From Candidatus Krumholzibacteriota bacterium (GTDB taxonomy: Bacteria > Krumholzibacteriota > Krumholzibacteriia > JAJRXK01): 64,000 nt of DNA. Location: positions 416,001 through 480,000 of the forward strand of contig CAVXTH010000009.1 in NCBI GenBank assembly GCA_963764625.1. The letters are read 5' to 3'. This document shows positions 10,503 to 22,106 of this stretch, one piece after another; the first letter of the stretch is position 1; each line of letters begins with the position of its first letter. The translations under genes were made by a program, and so were the position numbers. Under the pieces are notes generated by a model. That model was not told the origin of the DNA and searched no databases. It was given only the letters and a program-made list of their open reading frames with translations.

Positions 10503-11963
10503 ATGTCGTTCGCTCGCGCCTTTGGCCGAATTCTCACGGGAGCGGTCACTCTCTTGCTCGCCTTCGCCTCCCTCGCGCAGGCCCAATCGAACTGGGCGAT
10601 CGCAAGAAGGGATGACGCGAACCTTCGCAAGCTCATCGAGACGCTGACCCCGTACACCAAGACGGTGCCGGGGGCGGACGGGGCGGCTGCCATCATCCTG
10701 TACAAGCAGCATTTCTTCCAGATGGAGGAAAACGGATATCGGGTGTGCGCCAATCTGGTGTACCAGGTGGAAGATCCGAGCAAACTCGACTCCGAGCTCT
10801 CTAAGCCCTACTTCGGTCCTGGCGACGAGTATCCCGAGCGTTCCGCCTTCATCCTGCGCAAGGACGCCATTCAGCGCTTTGATGAGAAGAAGATCGATCT
10901 GATCAAGGGCGATGGCGAGATGAGCCGCGACCAGGTCGAGATCCGCTGGGGGAATCTGGAGAAGGGGGACATCGTGGGGTGGTCCGTGGTCGAGGTGCAT
11001 AAGGGCCCCCTCTTCGGCTGGATATCCGCCGCCACCGATCGCTATCCCGTGATCTACGCTAGCCTGAGAATTCTCAATGACGGAAGTTCCGATTTCGTGG
11101 TCGGAAGCCACGGGATCGAGGCGGCGAACTTCACTCTGAAGACGAATGGGCTGGCCAACGATCGCACCAAGGAGTGGCGGGCCAACGTGAAGGATCTCGC
11201 GCCCATTCCTTCGCTGGCCGCAACCGGTCCCTATCCGATCGATACACCGGTCTTCACCATCGCTCTCAAGGCGCGCCACATCGATCGACCGAACTTCTAT
11301 ACCGGCTGGGTCCCCATGAACGGCTGGGTGACCATGGCGGGCCTTCTCGTGGCGGCGAAAGACAAGATGCTGGAGGAGACCGGAGGCGTGGATATCAGCG
11401 CGTCTGCTCTGACTTCCGGATTGACCGACGAGGTGGCCAAGGAGAAGGCGATCTGCGAATTCGTGCGCGACAAGATCGCCGACGTCAAAGAAGACCGCTA
11501 TGAGCGGGGAACTCTACGCAGCGTCAAGAAGGTCCTCGCGAGCAAGGAAGGCACGCCCCTGGAGAAGGTGGCGGTCATGATCGCCATGCTCGATGCGGTG
11601 GGGATCAAGTCCCAGATCGCTCTCGCCCGGCCGGAGAAGTGGGGCAGTCTGAAAGACGAGACCGATAACAGCTTCACTTCGTTCCTGGCTCGGGTCGTGC
11701 GCTGCGGTAGCAAGGAAGGCCGGTACTACGTGCCGCAATACGACGACTGCGCCGCTGGCACCATTCCCGCCGAATGGGGCAATGCAGTGATGTTCTATCC
11801 CAAGTCGGGTCTGTCGCAAGAGCTCGAGGCCTACAAGAAGAAGCTCGGCTCGGACGCCTTCGCGAATGCAGGGAGGCTGAATCTATTGAAGATTTCTCTT
11901 GAGGCTGAGAAGCACGGCGAGAAGGAAGGCTGGTACCACTTCGAGACCTACAAGGCGAAGTAG
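10503..11963 (+). CDS. Secreted DUF3857/transglutaminase-like protein, catalytic Cys apparently absent
   Basis: Signal peptide (AQA); NLEKGDIV, K.KAICEFVRDKI and VLASKEGTPLEK...AML.AVGI pattern. Confidence 0.55.
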   Translation: MSFARAFGRILTGAVTLLLAFASLAQAQSNWAIARRDDANLRKLIETLTPYTKTVPGADGAAAIILYKQHFFQMEENGYRVCANLVYQVEDPSKLDSELSKPYFGPGDEYPERSAFILRKDAIQRFDEKKIDLIKGDGEMSRDQVEIRWGNLEKGDIVGWSVVEVHKGPLFGWISAATDRYPVIYASLRILNDGSSDFVVGSHGIEAANFTLKTNGLANDRTKEWRANVKDLAPIPSLAATGPYPIDTPVFTIALKARHIDRPNFYTGWVPMNGWVTMAGLLVAAKDKMLEETGGVDISASALTSGLTDEVAKEKAICEFVRDKIADVKEDRYERGTLRSVKKVLASKEGTPLEKVAVMIAMLDAVGIKSQIALARPEKWGSLKDETDNSFTSFLARVVRCGSKEGRYYVPQYDDCAAGTIPAEWGNAVMFYPKSGLSQELEAYKKKLGSDAFANAGRLNLLKISLEAEKHGEKEGWYHFETYKAK

Positions 11964-11992
11964 CAAGGCGGGCTAGAGGAACGAGCGCTTCT

Positions 11993-12718
11993 TCACCGTT
12001 CCTTGGGATCGAGCAGATCATGCAGGAGCTGACCGTAGATGGTCAGCTCCTGCGCTTTTTCAGCCCCTTCGAGTACGCACGCCGATTCGCAGGCTTCGGT
12101 GATGCGTTCGGCCGGGGACACCGTCAACTCCATGGCGCGCAAGGCCCGGAGAGTTTCGGCGTGATGTGCTCGGAGCTCCTCGGGTGGCGCCCCGCTCGCA
12201 ATCAGGTCCTTGTAAGCACGATATAGTTGCGCGCGGCGGAGGAAGTGCTCGCGCGCCTTCACGTTTTCCACCCGGGCTTCCGTGGTCAAGGGTAGAAAGG
12301 GAAAGGCGTTGCGGAGGGCGGCCGTGAACAGGCCATCGACCAAGGCTCTGACCTCGCCATTCTGCAAGAGTTCCGCGTCGAGGAGTCCGCAACTCGGGGA
12401 GCGACTCTTCAAGACGAAGCCATCCAGATCGTCGACTCCCAATTCGGTTAGGCGATGACCCGCCCAGCGGTGCAGGTCGCAGGTATGGTCGATGCGGCTC
12501 TCCACCCCTCGCATTCGCGGTGCTATTTCGGCGTCTTCCAGTTGCACCGCTTCGCGCGGCACCCCCATCCCGACTTCGACCTCGGGACAGACCCCGATCC
12601 ACGCGATCCGCGCTTCGCGTGGCCACCAGGCGCGAATGCTCTCCCTCGCGGCGCCGTCGTAGCGCACCGCTTCTCCCAGAAGGCAGCGGCTTACTCCGAG
12701 CCGCAGCGGCCGACTCAT
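11993..12718 (-). CDS. DUF523 / 2-thiouracil desulfurase-family Fe-S protein
   Basis: GVSRCLLGEAVRYDG, VCPEVEVGMGVPRE and LKSRSPSCG. Confidence 0.85.
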   Translation of the reverse strand: MSRPLRLGVSRCLLGEAVRYDGAARESIRAWWPREARIAWIGVCPEVEVGMGVPREAVQLEDAEIAPRMRGVESRIDHTCDLHRWAGHRLTELGVDDLDGFVLKSRSPSCGLLDAELLQNGEVRALVDGLFTAALRNAFPFLPLTTEARVENVKAREHFLRRAQLYRAYKDLIASGAPPEELRAHHAETLRALRAMELTVSPAERITEACESACVLEGAEKAQELTIYGQLLHDLLDPKER

Positions 12719-12731
12719 GTCCAAAAACACA

Positions 12732-15002
12732 CTATCCTTCTTGCTCTTGCCGTCGGATGAGGTTCAGCGCGGATCCGGCCCTGAACCACTCAACCTGCTC
12801 TGAAGTCAAGGTGTGCAGAGCCTGGAAGCGATCCTCCTGACCGTTCTCGTGCTTCAGCACCACCATCACCTCGCTCCCGGGCGCCAGATCGCCCAAGGAG
12901 AGAATGCTCACGCGATCATCTTCCTGAACCTTGTCGTAGTCCGCCGGGTCCTTGAAGGTGAGCGGCAGGACTCCCTGCTTTTTCAGATTCGTCTCGTGAA
13001 TCCGGGCGAAGGAGCGCACGAGGACCGCTTGGGCTCCCAGATACCGGGGCTCCATGGCCGCGTGTTCGCGGGAGCTGCCCTCGCCGTAGTTGTCGTCGCC
13101 GACCGCGATCCAGCCCTTGCCCGCCGCTTTGTAGGCGCGGGCGATCTTGGAGAAGCCGTCGATCGAACCATCGAGTTGATTCTTGCCGCGGCCCACTTCA
13201 TCGCGGAACGAATTGACTGCCCCGATGAACATGTTGTCGGAGATCTTGTCGAGGTGACCGCGAAAACTCAGCCAGGGGCCGGCCGGAGAGATGTGATCGG
13301 TGGTGCACTTCCCTTTGGCTTTCACGAGCACCAGGAGGCCGTCGAAATCCTTGCCATCCCATGCGTCGAAGGGAGTGAGAAACTGCAGGCGCCCGCTCTC
13401 GGGCGAGATCTTCACCTCGACGTCCTGTCCATCTTCGCTCACCGGGATGAAGTAACTCGTGTCGCCCTGGTCGAAGCCGCCACTGGGCAGCTCGCTTCCC
13501 TGGGGGGCCTCCAGCTTGAACTCGCTGCCGTCCGCCGCTTTCAGTGAGTCGCGGAGGGGATTGAAGTCGAGCCGGCCGGCCAGGGCGATGGCGGTCACGA
13601 TTTCCGGGCTGCCGATGAAGGCCATAGTGGAGGCGTTGCCGTCGTTGCGTTTGCGGAAATTACGGTTATAGGAGGTGATGATGGAGTTTTTCTCGCCCTC
13701 GGTGACCCCCTCCCGTTGCCACTGGCCGATGCAGGGACCGCAGGCGTTGGCCAGCACGACTCCCCCCATCTTCTCCAGCTCCGCGAGTTGGCCGTCGCGT
13801 TCGATGGTGGCGCGAACCTGCTCGCTTCCCGGCGTGACCATGAACTTGGTCTTCGCCTTGATTCCCTTCGCTGCCGCCTGACGGGCGATGTGGGCCGAGC
13901 GATCGATGTCTTCGTAGCTCGAGTTCGTGCACGATCCGATGAGCGCAGCCGAGAGCTCCAGGGGATAACCGTTTTCGCGCGCATCCTGGCCCATGCGAGA
14001 GATCGGATGCAGAAGATCGGGAGTATGCGGCCCCACCAGCTGCGGCTCGAGCTCGTTGAGATCGATCTCGACGATTTCGTCGTAGTACTGATCCGGGTTC
14101 TGGGCCACTTCAGGATCGGCGACCAGCTCTTGTCGGCGCTTTAGCGCCATCTCGGCCACCTGGCCCCGGCGGGTGGTCTTCAGGTAGGTCGCCATTCGTT
14201 CGTCGAAGGGGAAGAGGCTGGTGGTGGAGCCTAGTTCGGCGCCCATGTTGCAGATCGTGGCCTTCCCGGTGCACGAGATGCTCTCGGTGCCCTCCCCGAA
14301 ATACTCGACGATCTTTCCGGTCCCGCCCTTCACGGTCAGCAGGCCGGCCAGCTTCAGAATGATGTCCTTGGGGGCGGTCCACCCGCTCAGCTTGCCGACG
14401 AGCTTCACGCCGATCAGCCGCGGCCACAAGACCTGCCAGGGCATGCCCACCATGGCATCGACTGCATCCGCACCGCCCACTCCGACCGCCACCATGCCCA
14501 GACCCCCCGCGTTCGGGGTGTGGCTGTCGGTTCCGATCATGAGAAGACCGGGAGCGGCATAATTTTCCAGTACCACCTGATGGATGATCCCCGCGCCGGG
14601 CTTCCAGAAGCCGATTCCGTATTTCTTCGAGGCGCTGCTGAGGAAGCGATAGACCTCGCCGTTCTCGTCGTTGGCGACGGCGAGGTCCTTCTCGGCTCCT
14701 ACGCGCGCGCGGATCAGGTGGTCGCAGTGAACCGTGGTGGGAGTCGCCACCCTCGGCCTACCCGCCGCGATGAACTGGAGAAGGGCCATCTGAGCGGTAG
14801 CATCCTGCATTGCGACCCGATCGGGCGTGAGGTCGACCACGCTCTTGCCGCGAGTAGGGGCTTGGTCCTTGTCGTTCAGGTGGGCGAAGAGGATTTTCTC
14901 CGCCAACGTGAGCGGATGTCCCAGAACCTCGCGTCCCTTCGCGTGGTGGGAAGCCAGATCCTCATAGGCGGTGCGGATGGCATTCAACCAGTTCTTGTCC
15001 AT
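12732..15002 (-). CDS. acnA: Aconitate hydratase (mitochondrial-like type)
   Basis: [40 protein letters not shown] and [10 protein letters not shown]. Start placed at MDKNW. Confidence 0.93.
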   Translation of the reverse strand: MDKNWLNAIRTAYEDLASHHAKGREVLGHPLTLAEKILFAHLNDKDQAPTRGKSVVDLTPDRVAMQDATAQMALLQFIAAGRPRVATPTTVHCDHLIRARVGAEKDLAVANDENGEVYRFLSSASKKYGIGFWKPGAGIIHQVVLENYAAPGLLMIGTDSHTPNAGGLGMVAVGVGGADAVDAMVGMPWQVLWPRLIGVKLVGKLSGWTAPKDIILKLAGLLTVKGGTGKIVEYFGEGTESISCTGKATICNMGAELGSTTSLFPFDERMATYLKTTRRGQVAEMALKRRQELVADPEVAQNPDQYYDEIVEIDLNELEPQLVGPHTPDLLHPISRMGQDARENGYPLELSAALIGSCTNSSYEDIDRSAHIARQAAAKGIKAKTKFMVTPGSEQVRATIERDGQLAELEKMGGVVLANACGPCIGQWQREGVTEGEKNSIITSYNRNFRKRNDGNASTMAFIGSPEIVTAIALAGRLDFNPLRDSLKAADGSEFKLEAPQGSELPSGGFDQGDTSYFIPVSEDGQDVEVKISPESGRLQFLTPFDAWDGKDFDGLLVLVKAKGKCTTDHISPAGPWLSFRGHLDKISDNMFIGAVNSFRDEVGRGKNQLDGSIDGFSKIARAYKAAGKGWIAVGDDNYGEGSSREHAAMEPRYLGAQAVLVRSFARIHETNLKKQGVLPLTFKDPADYDKVQEDDRVSILSLGDLAPGSEVMVVLKHENGQEDRFQALHTLTSEQVEWFRAGSALNLIRRQEQEG

Positions 15003-15158
15003 TGCGAATCCCCTTCGATGTGACGGGCTCGGGCCCCAGTTGGTGGGTGGTGACCGCGCGAGGCCACGGGCGAAAATATAGAGCTTCAAACGCGATCGTC
15101 CAGCCGCGCTGGCCAGAGAGACCACGAGTAGGTAGACTTCTTTGACCAAAATGAACGC

Positions 15159-16462
<1,304 letters not shown>

Positions 16463-16466
<4 letters not shown>

Positions 16467-16726
16467 GTCGCGGCGCCCTGGATACCCTGCGCGCCAAACT
16501 GGCCGTCTTCGAGACCTGGCCCGGGCCGTATCTCTTCAAGTTCATTGCTCCACGCGAGAAACTCGACGAGTTGAAAGAGCTGTTCGATGATCAGAGCTAC
16601 ACCCTGCGGCCTTCCCGCACCGGGAAGTACACGAGTCTCAGTTGTAAGAAGATGATGGAATCGAGCGACGCGGTGATCGAGGTCTACGAGAGGGCGCTGG
16701 CGATCGAAGGCGTGATGGCTCTCTGA
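16463..16726 (+). CDS. DUF493 (YbeD-like) small protein
   Basis: WPGPYLFKFI, SRTGKYTSLS and IEGVMAL; ATG overlaps the egtB stop (ATGA). Confidence 0.8.
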
Positions 16727-16778
16727 GACATCGTGCGCCCGAACGAACGGCTCCGCCGCCCAAGCGCTTCGGGAGGGT

Positions 16779-18137
16779 TCAGTTCGCACTCTCACCTTGG
16801 CGAAGGGTCGAGGGAACGAAGATCGCCAGACTCACCACTCGGGCGAGCATGAAAGTACTCAAAGCTAGCCAGAGCAGTTGAATGTTCTGCGCGCGGTGCG
16901 CGAACCACGCGAGCGGGGCGAACCCCACGAGCGCGGATAACACCATGGCGGTGCGCAAGATTCGCCCTCTCACCAAACCGATGAAGTAGCCGTCGAGCGC
17001 GTAGGCGATCGAGCCCACTCCCAATACGGGGAGAAGCCACGATTTCATCGCATTGACTTGAGAAAGTACCTCGCCGTGGTCGGTGAGCAAGCGAAAGAGC
17101 ACTGGAAAGAGTATGAATCCCGCCGCGAACAAGAGCCCGGTCACCGCGCTCCACAGGGCCGACATGGAAAGTAGTCGCCGAAGCCGGCGACGGTCCGCGC
17201 CGCCCTCGAAGATGCCGGCCAGGCTCTCCGTCGCGAAGGCATACCCGTCGATGAAGAACGCGGCCAGCGTCACGACCTGCTTGACTACGGCAGTGGCGGC
17301 CAAGACGACGGCTCCCATGGCGGAGGCGATGTTGGTGAAGAGGGCAAAGACGCTGATGAGGGCCAGCGTGCGCACCAGAATGTCGTTGTTGAGTGAGAAG
17401 GTGGCGCGCAATCCTTCCATGGAAAGACAGAGTGGAATCACGCGTCGGATCCTGTGGAGGGGCAGGTCTTTGAGCGCGAAGACCAGCGCGCTGATCAGCA
17501 TGAGGTATTGCGCGATGGCGCTCGCGGCGCCCACGCCGCCGGCGCTCATGTGCAGGTGGGCGACAAAATAGAAATCGAGAATCACGTTGGAGAGGTTGCC
17601 CACGATGGACATGATCAAGACGCGTCTGGCTTGCTCACGTCCCAAGAACCAGCCCAGGAGGACGAAGTTGACAAGAACCGCGGGCGCTCCCCAGATTCGG
17701 GCCGCGAAGTAGGAAAGGCCGGCCGCCTTCACCCCCGCGTCTCCTTGCAACACCCAGAATCCGAAGAGCGAGAGAGGTTTCTGCAGGGCCAGGATGAGAA
17801 AGCCCAAGCCCAGCGCCAGGGCAATTCCCCGCAATGCGACTGCCGCGACTTCGTCCGCGTTTTCTCGCCCGACCGCTTGCGCGGTCATTCCCGTGGTGCC
17901 CATGCGTAGAAAGCCGAAGGTCCAGTAGACGTAGTCGAAGAGAACTGCGCCGAGGGCGACTCCGGCCAGGAAGCGGATCTGCCCCAGGTGGCCCAGGAGG
18001 GCCATGTCGACCAGGCCGGCCAAGGGCACCATCAAATTGGAGAGAATATTCAGCGAGGCCAGGCGCCAGAAGCGCCGTGACAGAGACCTGGCGTGCCTGC
18101 CCTCCGCTTGCCCGAGCGGGGCTTCAGCGATCGTCAT
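16779..18137 (-). CDS. MATE family efflux transporter (DinF-like)
   Basis: ILSNLMVPLAGLVD, FGFLRMGTTG.TAQA.G and DGYAFATE; about 12 TM helices. Confidence 0.9.
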   Translation of the reverse strand: MTIAEAPLGQAEGRHARSLSRRFWRLASLNILSNLMVPLAGLVDMALLGHLGQIRFLAGVALGAVLFDYVYWTFGFLRMGTTGMTAQAVGRENADEVAAVALRGIALALGLGFLILALQKPLSLFGFWVLQGDAGVKAAGLSYFAARIWGAPAVLVNFVLLGWFLGREQARRVLIMSIVGNLSNVILDFYFVAHLHMSAGGVGAASAIAQYLMLISALVFALKDLPLHRIRRVIPLCLSMEGLRATFSLNNDILVRTLALISVFALFTNIASAMGAVVLAATAVVKQVVTLAAFFIDGYAFATESLAGIFEGGADRRRLRRLLSMSALWSAVTGLLFAAGFILFPVLFRLLTDHGEVLSQVNAMKSWLLPVLGVGSIAYALDGYFIGLVRGRILRTAMVLSALVGFAPLAWFAHRAQNIQLLWLALSTFMLARVVSLAIFVPSTLRQGESAN

Positions 18138-19005
18138 TCCCGCCGATCTCGACCTTCACTCCGCGGTCGTGTTGGCCCGCGATCGTGGCAAGTTCCAGGT
18201 TCCACGCGCCGAGACAAGTGGGTAGAGTCGCCTGTAAACGAGCGCGGTAGGGCTCGATGCTCTCTTTCAGCGAGGCGGGTAGATCTCCTTCGAAGGGAAC
18301 ACGATCGTCTCCGATGCGTCCGTGCTCGAGCGCATCCTCCAGCGCTTTCATCCACTCCTGTTCATTGTCGCTGAGGGACTCGCGCCCCCGCAGATCGCGG
18401 AGCGCGTTCTCCAGTTGTCGCCGGTAGATTTGTCCGAAGCTTGCTCGAGTTCGGCCAGGTTTGACGAAATTGGAAGTGGAGTCGGGTTCGTCGCCTCCGG
18501 CTCGGCAGCGGGGGGGCGACCACTGTAGATCGCACACGGCTCCCACCACGGTGAGATAGAGGTACTCTCCCGGCGACATTTCGTTCACGAGCAGCAGCGA
18601 GTCCCGGGCGCTGAGATACATCATGGTGACGCGCGCGACGCCCACGCCACTCTTGGCCATGCGGAGACCTTGCTTCAGTTTATTTAGGCCTTTCGCGTCG
18701 TGGATTTCTTTCTCCTGCTGAGAGACCTCCTCGAGCGCATCGACGAAACGACGGGTATCCACGGGTTGGCTCTCGCGAATGTTCAGATAGAGCTCCATCC
18801 GGTCGGGAGCAATGCGGCCGTTCAGCGGCGGAGTGTACTCGTCGAGCTTGCCGTAGCGCGTCACCAGCTGCTCCTCCTGCTTGTGCAACGCGTTCATCTC
18901 CGGTAGTTGATTCTTCAGCGAGCGAACGAAGATCCAGGAGGAGACGATCGAGATGAGCAAGATGGCGCCCACCACGATTCCACACCCGATCATGAACTTC
19001 TTCAT
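18124..19005 (-). CDS. Hypothetical membrane-anchored protein
   Basis: MKKFMIGCGIVVG N-terminal anchor; GAGG SD upstream; stop overlaps the MATE start. Confidence 0.7.
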   Translation of the reverse strand: MKKFMIGCGIVVGAILLISIVSSWIFVRSLKNQLPEMNALHKQEEQLVTRYGKLDEYTPPLNGRIAPDRMELYLNIRESQPVDTRRFVDALEEVSQQEKEIHDAKGLNKLKQGLRMAKSGVGVARVTMMYLSARDSLLLVNEMSPGEYLYLTVVGAVCDLQWSPPRCRAGGDEPDSTSNFVKPGRTRASFGQIYRRQLENALRDLRGRESLSDNEQEWMKALEDALEHGRIGDDRVPFEGDLPASLKESIEPYRARLQATLPTCLGAWNLELATIAGQHDRGVKVEIGGNDDR

Positions 19006-19037
19006 GGAAACACCTCGGAGTTGAGTCTCACTCTGCG

Positions 19038-20273
19038 CTACTCGGCGACCCGCTGACGTTCGTAGGTTTTGCAAGGATCCACGTCCTCGACGTAGTCACT
19101 CTCCCACAGGCGGGAAAAGAAGGTCTCGAGCTGAGCGGCGATTTTCGGGTCTTGCATCACGAGCCCGACGTTCCTGGTGTCGTGAAAATAGCTCTTTCCC
19201 CAATTGGAGGTCCCGACCCAACTCGAACGTCCATCGACGACGAGGTACTTCGCGTGAATGACGCGCGCGAAGGGAATGAATCCTCCCGACCATTGGGGGA
19301 TGGTGGCGAGTCTGACCGAGACGTGGCGGAGAGACTGGAGGCTCTTCAAGTACTGCATCGAACTCGATCCCTTCGACCAATTCGCCAGAATCATCTCCAC
19401 CTCGACCCCGCGCGCCGCCGCCCGGCGCAGTGCGTCGTCGAGCACGTTCCAGTAGTTGTGATCGCGGCCGACGAGGTGGTAGGAGAGGAGCTGGAAACGA
19501 ATGTGATCCTGGGCTTTGTCCAAGAGCTTCACGATCAGGGGCAAGTCCCACTCTTCCTCTCGGGGGAGAAAGCCGGTGGGGCTGAACGCGGGGGAGTATC
19601 CCTCGGGAAGGGCCGGAGGCGCCGCGCTCACCGCGGGTGGATCCTCGCCGGCGGACCTTGCCCAATCGTAGTCGAAGACCTCCTGCAAGCGTTCACTGAG
19701 CGCGGGATCTTCGATGCGAAGTCCCAGCTCCTGAATGTGAGCCAGCGAACGCCAGTCGAAGTTCTGACTGCCGAGATAGGCGGAACGGCCATCTACCAGG
19801 AAGTACTTGGCGTGGAGCACGCCCCCCATCAGCGCGCCCACGTCGTAGATTCTCAACTCGATGTTTGGCTGGGCGTCGAGACGATTCAGAGTCTCGGGAT
19901 AGGTCTTGTAGAAGTTCTTCTCGGCCAGGAAGCGGACTCGGACCCCGCGTTTGGCCGCCGCTTCGATGGCTTGGATCACTGCCTCGAGACGGCCGGCGCT
20001 CGCAGGAGCAGCTTGCCGCAGCGAGTCGGGCGCGTTGGACGCGTAGAACTCGGCGAAATCGAGTTCCTTCTTGGCACTCGTGACCATCTCCAACCAGACC
20101 TGGGGTGCGTCCGCGATCCCCGGATTGTCGAGACTGGTCTCCACCGGCCAACTCTCCACCAGTTGTACCGGCGGCATGGCGGCGTGGACACTTGAGATGT
20201 TCGGGGCAACGAGCGGAAGAAGGCACGAGAGAAAGAGAAACCCGAGAACACGCGGCGCTGGCGGCACGGCCAC
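19038..20273 (-). CDS. Exported phospholipase D superfamily protein (PLD3/4, poxvirus K4-like)
   Basis: Two HxKxxxxD motifs (HAKYFLVD...GSQNFDWRS and HAKYLVVD...GTSNW); LVESWP N-terminal motif; signal peptide. Confidence 0.85.
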   Translation of the reverse strand: MAVPPAPRVLGFLFLSCLLPLVAPNISSVHAAMPPVQLVESWPVETSLDNPGIADAPQVWLEMVTSAKKELDFAEFYASNAPDSLRQAAPASAGRLEAVIQAIEAAAKRGVRVRFLAEKNFYKTYPETLNRLDAQPNIELRIYDVGALMGGVLHAKYFLVDGRSAYLGSQNFDWRSLAHIQELGLRIEDPALSERLQEVFDYDWARSAGEDPPAVSAAPPALPEGYSPAFSPTGFLPREEEWDLPLIVKLLDKAQDHIRFQLLSYHLVGRDHNYWNVLDDALRRAAARGVEVEMILANWSKGSSSMQYLKSLQSLRHVSVRLATIPQWSGGFIPFARVIHAKYLVVDGRSSWVGTSNWGKSYFHDTRNVGLVMQDPKIAAQLETFFSRLWESDYVEDVDPCKTYERQRVAE

Positions 20274-20468
20274 CTCCTCAGTGGGGGTTTGGGCCAGGAT
20301 ACCAGTCGAGGGAGTTCGGGGAAAGAACTCTCATTTCTGCTTCGGGGTCGGGGTCCGGCGTTGCTTCTCTTCGAGTGGTTCCCTACACTCGCCCCACGGC
20401 CTCGTCCAGTCGGGACGAGCCGGTCTGGAACGTGGCGTGCCACGCCGACGAGAGGGAGGCAGAGGGTA

Positions 20469-20924
20469 ATGCGTGTGGCGCTCGGCTGTGATCACGGCGG
20501 ATTCCCACTCAAGGCGGAGCTTGTCTCGCTGCTCGAGAGCCTGGGACACGAGCTCATCGACTGTGGCACCGACTCCCTTGAGCCGGTCGACTATCCCCAC
20601 TACGCATCCGAAGTCGCCAAGACACTGCTCGAAGCTCGCGCGCAGCGGGGCATCGTGCTCTGCGGCAGTGGCATCGGAGCTGCGGTGGCGGCCAACAAGG
20701 TCAAGGGCATCCGGGCCGGGCTCTGTCACGATACCTATTCCGCGCACCAGGGCGTCGAGCACGACGACATCAACGTGCTGTGTCTGGGCGCCCGTGTGGT
20801 GGGACCGAGCCTCGCGAAAGAAATTGTCATGGCGTTTCTGAAGGCGCGTTTCAGCGATGAAGAGCGCCACCGCCGCCGCCTTGCCCTCGTGGCGGAGCTG
20901 GAACGCACGGGGAAGTCGCTCTAG
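20469..20924 (+). CDS. rpiB: Ribose-5-phosphate isomerase B
   Basis: GCDHGG, CGSGIG, ANKVKGIRA and RHRRR. Confidence 0.95.
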   Translation: MRVALGCDHGGFPLKAELVSLLESLGHELIDCGTDSLEPVDYPHYASEVAKTLLEARAQRGIVLCGSGIGAAVAANKVKGIRAGLCHDTYSAHQGVEHDDINVLCLGARVVGPSLAKEIVMAFLKARFSDEERHRRRLALVAELERTGKSL

Positions 20925-20996
20925 CCATTGGACTGGGCCGGAGATTCCGGCTTTGCCTCAGTTCTCTCTTTCAACCTCGCTTCGAGGAGTTCCGCG

Positions 20997-22106
20997 ATGA
21001 ACCAGAACCCCTTGATTCGCCTGCACGAGTTCGGCCAATCCTTCTGGTGGGATTCGCTCAGTCGGCGCGCATTGCGTGACGGCACCATCGCCCGCATGCG
21101 CGACGAAGACGGAATGCGCGGCATCACCAGTAATCCCAGCATTTTCCAGGCGGCGATCAGCGGAAGTAAGGATTACGACGAAGCGGTCGGCAAACTCATG
21201 CGCGCCGGTTTGGACTGCGAGTCGGTCTTCTGGGAGCTCGCGGTACAGGACATCAAAGCCGCGTGTGAGTTGTTGTTTCCCGTATTCGAGGAGAGCGAGG
21301 GACGAGACGGTTTCGTCAGCCTCGAGGTCGACCCCCGTCTCGCCTACGACGCGCAGCGCACGATGAAGGAAGTGGATCGCCTCTGGGATTGGGTCGACTG
21401 TGAGAATCTGATGGTCAAGATTCCCGCCACCAAGGAGGGAATTCCCGTCATCCAGAGTGCGCTGGAAAGAGGCCGCAAGATCAACATTACCCTTCTCTTC
21501 GGCCGTAAAGCCTACCGCGAGGTCATGGAAGCCTACTTGAGTGCGCTCGAGACCCGGCTTGCGCACAGGCGTCCCCTTAGCAGCGTGGCCTCGGTCGCCT
21601 CGTTCTTCGTGAGCCGTCTCGACACTCTGGTGGATGCCAAGTTGGAGAAAGTAGACGACCCTCGGGCGGGTTCGCTCATGGGGAAGGCGGCGGTGGCCAA
21701 TGCGAAGCTCGCCTACCGTGACTTCCTCGAGGTCTTCGCGGGAAGCCGCTGGGAGAAGCTGGCCCAGGCGGGCGCGCGCGCGCAGCGTCCTCTCTGGGCC
21801 TCCACGAGCACGAAGAACCCCGCCTACTCCGATACCCTCTACGTGGATCCGCTGGTGGGTAGGCATACGGTCAATACGATTCCCACCGTCACGGTGGATG
21901 CCTATCGCGATCACGGTCAGCCCGCGGCGGACGCAATCCTGAAGGACCAGGAAGAATCGAGCGCGATTCTGAATGAGATCGAAGCGCTGGGCGTTTCCCT
22001 GGACGCGGCGACCGAGGAGCTCTTGCAGGACGGAGTGAAGAAGTTCGAGAAGAGCTTCACTGGTCTGCTCGAGGCCTTACAAGAGAAGGCCAATGCCATT
22101 CGCTGA
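20997..22106 (+). CDS. tal: Transaldolase
   Basis: GQSFWWD, GITSNPSIF, VSLEVDP, MVKIPAT and RPLWAST. Confidence 0.94.
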   Translation: MNQNPLIRLHEFGQSFWWDSLSRRALRDGTIARMRDEDGMRGITSNPSIFQAAISGSKDYDEAVGKLMRAGLDCESVFWELAVQDIKAACELLFPVFEESEGRDGFVSLEVDPRLAYDAQRTMKEVDRLWDWVDCENLMVKIPATKEGIPVIQSALERGRKINITLLFGRKAYREVMEAYLSALETRLAHRRPLSSVASVASFFVSRLDTLVDAKLEKVDDPRAGSLMGKAAVANAKLAYRDFLEVFAGSRWEKLAQAGARAQRPLWASTSTKNPAYSDTLYVDPLVGRHTVNTIPTVTVDAYRDHGQPAADAILKDQEESSAILNEIEALGVSLDAATEELLQDGVKKFEKSFTGLLEALQEKANAIR

